From assembly GCA_041665585.1 (NCBI GenBank), contig JBAYIN010000002.1:34869-98868 (forward strand): DNA of 64,000 nucleotides, written 5' to 3'. The stretch's first letter is position 1. Every line of letters starts with the position of its first letter. Below are positions 59,437-64,000 of this stretch, in pieces. The notes beneath the pieces were generated by a model. It made no database searches. It had not been told where the DNA came from and saw only the letters and a program-made list of their open reading frames with translations. The position numbers were made by a program, and so were the translations under genes. Source of the DNA: Patescibacteria group bacterium (GTDB lineage Bacteria; Patescibacteriota; Gracilibacteria; JAHISY01).

Positions 59437-60773
59437 GCGCCGCGAATTTCCTGCAAATGGCGAATCCGTTTGGCGATGAGCGCGGGTGTGCCAATATCCC
59501 GGCGGTGGAAAAGTTTGCCTGCGATTTGATTAATCCCTGTCTCCGCGATGCGCTCCGCCGCGGTCAAATCATCGGCAATACCGACGACCGCAATCGCGCG
59601 CGATGCGCCAGTCAAAATCCGACCAGCGGCATCGACATCAACCGCCGCGTAAAAAATTTCACAATTTTCCGGCAAACCCAAGACGCGGATTTCTTGTCCG
59701 GCAAGCGGAATGTTCGGATAACCCTCTGGCACAAGGTATTTCACGACTGTCGCCTTTTTTTCAAATTCGAGCGGCAGTGAATCTAAACGACCAGCAACAA
59801 CCGCGCGACAAACTTCGATGAAGTCCGTTTTGAGAATCGGAAAAACATTCATCGCCTCGGGATCACCGAAACGCGCGTTGTACTCAATCAGCTTCACGCC
59901 ATTTTTGGTCGCGATGAAACCGCCGTACATCACCCCGCGAAAAGTCTCGCCTGTCTCGGTCGTGAGTGCCGCCAGCACTTGCTCCGTGATGGCACGCGCC
60001 GCCGCCAAATCTGCGGCTCGCAAAAATGGGAGCGAGCCGGTCTCGTCAGAGTAAGTCCCCATGCCGCCGGTATTCGGACCGAGATCGTTTTCGAACGCGC
60101 GTTTGTGATCTTGCGAAACCGGCAGCGCCGCCAGCGTTTTGCCGTCGGTCAAAAACATCGCCGAGAATTCCTCACCGATTAATTTTTCTTCAATCACAAC
60201 GCGACCATCCGCGTTTAGGCATTCGAGCGCGTAATGCAAACCATCGTCGATGCCATTCAAATGATCACCGACGACTTTCACGCCTTTGCCGCTTTTCAGC
60301 CCATCTGCTTTGACGACGAATTGACCGCCCAATGCTTGCATGAAACTCCGCAGCGCGAGGCGCGCCTCATCGTCGTTGTCGAATTTGGAGAAAACGATAA
60401 ATTCTGGATTGCCGGGAATGTCGTATTTTTGCAGCAAATCACGCGTGAAACTTTTGGAAGATTCCAAACGCGCCGAAGATTGGCGCGGTGCTACCACGCC
60501 GACACCGAGCTCTTCGAGTAAATTCGCCGCACCCGCCGCGATCGGCGCCTCGGGTCCGACGACCGCCAGCTCCGGTTTTTCTTTTTCGACTAATTTGCGC
60601 AGCGCGACTAAATCGGTCAGCGAAGTAGCTTTTTCGTAAACCGTCGCGAGCTTTTGCAAGCCTGGATTGATTTTGTCGGCGAAAACGATGAGCTCGGGTT
60701 TTTGCGGTGAACGCAGAACCGCTGCGCCGATTGCGTGTTCGCGCGCGCCGTTGCCAACCAGGAGAAATTTCAT
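59433..60773 (-). CDS. purD: phosphoribosylamine-glycine ligase
   Basis: MKFLLVGNGAREHAIG..., ATP-grasp core, 446 aa. Confidence 0.92.
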   Translation of the reverse strand: MKFLLVGNGAREHAIGAAVLRSPQKPELIVFADKINPGLQKLATVYEKATSLTDLVALRKLVEKEKPELAVVGPEAPIAAGAANLLEELGVGVVAPRQSSARLESSKSFTRDLLQKYDIPGNPEFIVFSKFDNDDEARLALRSFMQALGGQFVVKADGLKSGKGVKVVGDHLNGIDDGLHYALECLNADGRVVIEEKLIGEEFSAMFLTDGKTLAALPVSQDHKRAFENDLGPNTGGMGTYSDETGSLPFLRAADLAAARAITEQVLAALTTETGETFRGVMYGGFIATKNGVKLIEYNARFGDPEAMNVFPILKTDFIEVCRAVVAGRLDSLPLEFEKKATVVKYLVPEGYPNIPLAGQEIRVLGLPENCEIFYAAVDVDAAGRILTGASRAIAVVGIADDLTAAERIAETGINQIAGKLFHRRDIGTPALIAKRIRHLQEIRGA

Positions 60774-60787
60774 TTGGGAAAATTAAA

Positions 60788-62269
60788 TTAAAGCAGTGTC
60801 ATTTGCTTGTCATCGCTCTCTTTGCGACGCGAGCACTCGCGGCATTTTTCGACTGAAGCGAGATATTTCGCGGTCACCTCTTTGGTCGGATATTTGCCGT
60901 CAAAACAAGCCGTGCAGAAGTGTGGAATTTTGGTCTTTTCAAATTCGCAGGCGCGAATGAGATCCGGCAGTGGCAGGTAAAAAACAGCGTCCGCTTTTAA
61001 TTTTTTAGCAATCTGCGCAGTCGAAAGTTTGTTGGCGATGAATTCTTTTTTGGACGGCATGTCTACACCATACACGCAGGGAAATTTGAGTGCGGGCGCA
61101 GCTGCCGCGAAATAAACTTTTTTGGCTCCCGCTGACCGCACCATCTCGACGATCTGGCGCGAAGTATTGCCACGCACAATCGAGTCATCGACGATCAAAA
61201 CATTTTTTTTACGCAGCTCGAGCGGCAGAGGAACTAGTTTGTGGCGAATGGATTTTTGGCGTTTCGCTTGCGTCGGCATGATGAAAGTCCTACCAATGTA
61301 GCGATTCTTAATCAAACCCTCGCGGTAACGCACACCGAGCTCATTCGCGAGCGCGAGCGCGGAACTGCGCGAAGTGTCGGGCACGGGCACGACCACATCG
61401 ATTTGAATTTTCGCTTTGCGAATTTCCCGCGCGAGATATTCGCCTGCACGCAGGCGTGAACGATAGACGGAAATATTGTCGAGCGTCGCGTCCGGGCGCG
61501 CGAGGTAAACATACTCGAAAATGCAGGGTGCCCAATTTTTGGGAGCGAGCTGCTGCCGCGCAATTTTGCCATCGGCGGAAAGCCAGACTGCCTCGCCCGG
61601 CTGCACATCGCCAATTTTTTCAAAACCGAGCGTCGCGAAAGTCGGATCCTCACTCGCGACTGCGAGCTCGTCGCGTTTGGAATTTTTGCGAATACCAATC
61701 GTCAGCGGGCGCAAACCCTGCGGATCGCGCAGCGCGAGAATACCGTGACCCGCGACGAGAATCACGGCGGCGTAACTACCCTGCACGCGCTCAACTGTTC
61801 TCTTGGCGGCGGCGAAAAGTTTCTTGACTGAGAAAGCTGCCATTTTTTGCTTACGCAATTCACGGGAAAAAACATTGAGCAAGACTTCTGAATCGCTCGA
61901 AGTATTGAGATATCTCCCCTCTTTTTTGAGCTCGCGGCGCAGTTTCTCGGTATTCGTGAGATTGCCGTTGTGGACCAATCCCAGACCGAGCGGCGAATTG
62001 ACGAAAAAGGGCTGCGCCTCCTCCGGTGAATAACTGCCCGCCGTCGGATAACGCACATGCCCAATGCCAATCTTGCCAGTGAGCTCGAGAATGTCAGCGG
62101 CACCGATCACATCGCGCACGAGTCCCGCGCCGCGTTTCGTGTGAAATTGTGCGCCGTCGAAAGTCATCACGCCTGCCGCATCCTGACCGCGGTGCTGCAG
62201 CGTCGCGAGTCCATCGTAGATTTCGCCGACGACTTCAGAATTTGCCGTGATGCCGATTACTCCACACAT
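60788..62269 (-). CDS. purF: amidophosphoribosyltransferase
   Basis: MCGVIGI Ntn start, PRTase motif VLIVDDSIVRGNT, and a C-terminal Cys cluster. Confidence 0.93.
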   Translation of the reverse strand: MCGVIGITANSEVVGEIYDGLATLQHRGQDAAGVMTFDGAQFHTKRGAGLVRDVIGAADILELTGKIGIGHVRYPTAGSYSPEEAQPFFVNSPLGLGLVHNGNLTNTEKLRRELKKEGRYLNTSSDSEVLLNVFSRELRKQKMAAFSVKKLFAAAKRTVERVQGSYAAVILVAGHGILALRDPQGLRPLTIGIRKNSKRDELAVASEDPTFATLGFEKIGDVQPGEAVWLSADGKIARQQLAPKNWAPCIFEYVYLARPDATLDNISVYRSRLRAGEYLAREIRKAKIQIDVVVPVPDTSRSSALALANELGVRYREGLIKNRYIGRTFIMPTQAKRQKSIRHKLVPLPLELRKKNVLIVDDSIVRGNTSRQIVEMVRSAGAKKVYFAAAAPALKFPCVYGVDMPSKKEFIANKLSTAQIAKKLKADAVFYLPLPDLIRACEFEKTKIPHFCTACFDGKYPTKEVTAKYLASVEKCRECSRRKESDDKQMTLL

Positions 62270-62350
62270 GAATTGAATTTTAAATTTCTAAACAATTTTG
62301 GATTTTTGAGATTCTAATTTTAATCTTGTTTTAAAACTTAAAACTTAGAA

Positions 62351-63175
62351 TTAAAAATTCTCCGCGGCGCGGAGCGTGTTTTCAATCAAAGTCGCCACCG
62401 TCATCGGTCCGACTCCGCCCGGGACGGGCGTGATGGCGCGTACAATTTTCTCGACATTTTCGAAGTCGACATCGCCGACCAATTTACCATCGAGCTGCGC
62501 GCAACCCGCATCGACAACCACGCAATTTTTCTTCAACATTTCTGCGCGAATCAAATGTGGCACGCCGGTCGCCGAAATTATGATGTCGGCATTTCGCGTA
62601 AATTCAGCTAAATTTTTGGTGAAAACATGACAAACCGAAACAGTCGCGTCGCGATTGAGGAGCAGCATCGCGAGCGGTTTGCCGACGATATTGGAATGTC
62701 CGACCACGACGACATTTTGACCCTTGAGCGGAATTTCAGACTCATCGAGCAAGCGCAAAATCCCCGCCGGAGTCGCGGGCAGCAGCGTCGGCAGCTTCAG
62801 AAATCCGCGCCCGAGATTGAGCGGATGGAAACCGTCGACATCTTTCGTCGGAGAAATTCTTTCCAGAATTTTTTCCGTGGAAATTTTCTTCGGCAAGGGC
62901 AACTGGACGATAAAGCCCTGAATTTCATGATCAAGATTTAATTCGTCGATCGTCGCAATTAATTTTTGCTCAGAAACAGAACTTGGCAAATTCACCTCGC
63001 GAAAAGCGAAACCGACCTTTTCGGCGGCGCGGCGCTTCTGGCGCACATACGAAACACTCGCGGGATGCTCTCCGACCAGAATCACTGCCAGCCCAATTTT
63101 GAGTTTTTTCGCGGCGACTTTCCGTTTGACCGAATCCAAAATTTTCGCGGAAAGTTTTTTACCGTCGAGCAGCAT
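62351..63175 (-). CDS. folD: bifunctional methylenetetrahydrofolate dehydrogenase / methenyl-THF cyclohydrolase
   Basis: LLDGKKLS...LAVILVGEHPAS.SYV..K, VVVGHSNIVGKPL, TPVPGGVGPMT. I chose the ATG at 63175 because the ORF-track TTG start lies in the predicted -35 box. Confidence 0.9.
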   Translation of the reverse strand: MLLDGKKLSAKILDSVKRKVAAKKLKIGLAVILVGEHPASVSYVRQKRRAAEKVGFAFREVNLPSSVSEQKLIATIDELNLDHEIQGFIVQLPLPKKISTEKILERISPTKDVDGFHPLNLGRGFLKLPTLLPATPAGILRLLDESEIPLKGQNVVVVGHSNIVGKPLAMLLLNRDATVSVCHVFTKNLAEFTRNADIIISATGVPHLIRAEMLKKNCVVVDAGCAQLDGKLVGDVDFENVEKIVRAITPVPGGVGPMTVATLIENTLRAAENF

Positions 63176-63212
63176 CAAGAGAAAAGAAAAGCCCCGCAAA
63201 CGAGGCAGAAGC

Positions 63213-63241
63213 ATTTTAGAAAAAATGCGCTGAAAACTCAA
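63213..63241 (-). promoter_or_regulatory. sigma70-like promoter for folD
   Basis: Minus strand reads TTGAGT, 17 nt, TAAAAT, about 38 nt upstream of the 63175 ATG. Confidence 0.45.
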
Positions 63242-63285
63242 ATGCGGCGCAAATAATTAGTCACTAAAAAAAACCGTCAATTTTG

Positions 63286-63314
63286 TTGACTCCTCCATCG
63301 CATTATTTTAATAT
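63286..63314 (+). promoter_or_regulatory. sigma70-like promoter
   Basis: TTGACT, 17 nt, TAATAT, upstream of the 63416 ORF. Confidence 0.5.
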
Positions 63315-63415
63315 AGAGCCTTGCTCTCAAAATTTTCCAGTTCAAGAAGGTTGTTTTTATACTGAAAATGTGATAAAATGGCGAGAATCTTTTACTAAAA
63401 ATTAATCCTATCCTC

Positions 63416-64000
63416 ATGTCCACCCCTCAGAAAGACCCGAACGAAAAGGCTAAAAAACCTTCTTTTTGGGAAAAGTTGAGCGAACGCAGCACAACAGCAA
63501 GCGGAGGCGGCTCGCTCGTCGACGCGATTGTGCGTCAAGCCGAAAAAGAGGCCAACGGAAGCATGGGCAATAATCTGCGCGAAGATAACAACGAAAAGAA
63601 AAAGGCGCTCTCTCTACTCGCAAACTCTAGAACACTGCTCACTGTAACAATTCTCGTAGTCCTCGGAATCTGGATTTATTTCTGGACGGTGTTGGATTCA
63701 AACAATTACTTATATGGAAAACTTGGACGGGAAAATATCACAACCGAATTAAATCGCAAGACAACACTGATGCAGCAAGCGCAGGCGGACATTAGGGATT
63801 TGAAAAAATTCAACAAACTTTTACAAGTTGAAAATCTCGCTAATAATGTTCTAACACTTGATCTCGAAAGTCAGATTTTAAATTACGAACGACCGACGGG
63901 AGAAAGAGTCGTACCGCGAGAAGACTCAACCACGGTTTTACTTAAGACAACTAATAGCGCTGGTGAAGTGGTTTATCTTTCGGAGGCTGAGATTTTGGGA
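63416..64000 (+). CDS. orphan membrane-anchored protein, N-terminal part (runs off window end)
   Basis: The frame is open from the ATG at 63416 to the window end. MSTPQKDPNEKAKK..., TM helix LLTVTILVVLGIWIYFWTV, then a coiled-coil-like region. Confidence 0.55.
   Translation, partial: MSTPQKDPNEKAKKPSFWEKLSERSTTASGGGSLVDAIVRQAEKEANGSMGNNLREDNNEKKKALSLLANSRTLLTVTILVVLGIWIYFWTVLDSNNYLYGKLGRENITTELNRKTTLMQQAQADIRDLKKFNKLLQVENLANNVLTLDLESQILNYERPTGERVVPREDSTTVLLKTTNSAGEVVYLSEAEILG

Noticed and set aside
1-64000. Alternative genetic code (UGA recoded to Gly, as in Gracilibacteria/SR1), considered because of the CPR-like gene content and a tRNA-Gly inside the ribosomal operon.
   Set aside because: All conserved genes are full length under the standard code, with TGA used as a stop (e.g. 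pyrC, ispDF, ispE). The tRNA anticodon is UCC, not UCA.

Overview
The window is a gene-dense bacterial segment that reads cleanly in the standard genetic code. It looks like a small-genome, CPR/Peregrinibacteria-like organism; that lineage call is a low-confidence inference from gene content. The minus strand of 1.1-12.2 kb carries the S10-spc ribosomal-protein cluster (rpsJ to rpsE). This cluster is unusual in four ways. It is interrupted by three orphan small ORFs and a tRNA-Gly(UCC) that overlaps the rplD stop codon. It ends right after rpsE. Many of its proteins carry Lys/Ala/Glu-rich tails. Its spacers are built from short stop-codon-rich tandem motifs. The rest of the window holds core metabolism: argB/argC (LysZ/LysY-like), proA, gdhA, gatCA, gmk, ftsX, an orphan leuC-like subunit, the MEP genes dxr-ispDF-ispE, purF-purD-folD and two archaeal-type PurP paralogs. 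These core genes alternate with visibly AT-richer islands of orphan genes. The most interesting items are: (i) near-identical 94- and 137-bp upstream modules that end exactly at the start codons of unrelated orphan ORFs; (ii) a family of 30-bp GTTAAC-flanked palindromes inserted in frame in proA, ispE and dxr, together with other repeat motifs found inside coding sequence; (iii) a roughly 510-nt ORF-free, hairpin-rich locus with a consensus promoter and a terminator-like end, which I propose as an unclassified ncRNA; (iv) a same-strand gene run at 42.4-52.4 kb encoding anchored and giant orphan proteins and ending in a 29-codon Cys/Gly-rich ORF; (v) a 1380-aa surface protein. No rRNA genes, CRISPR arrays, transposases or integrases were seen. 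All calls come from manual reading and remembered family motifs; nothing was computed or searched.
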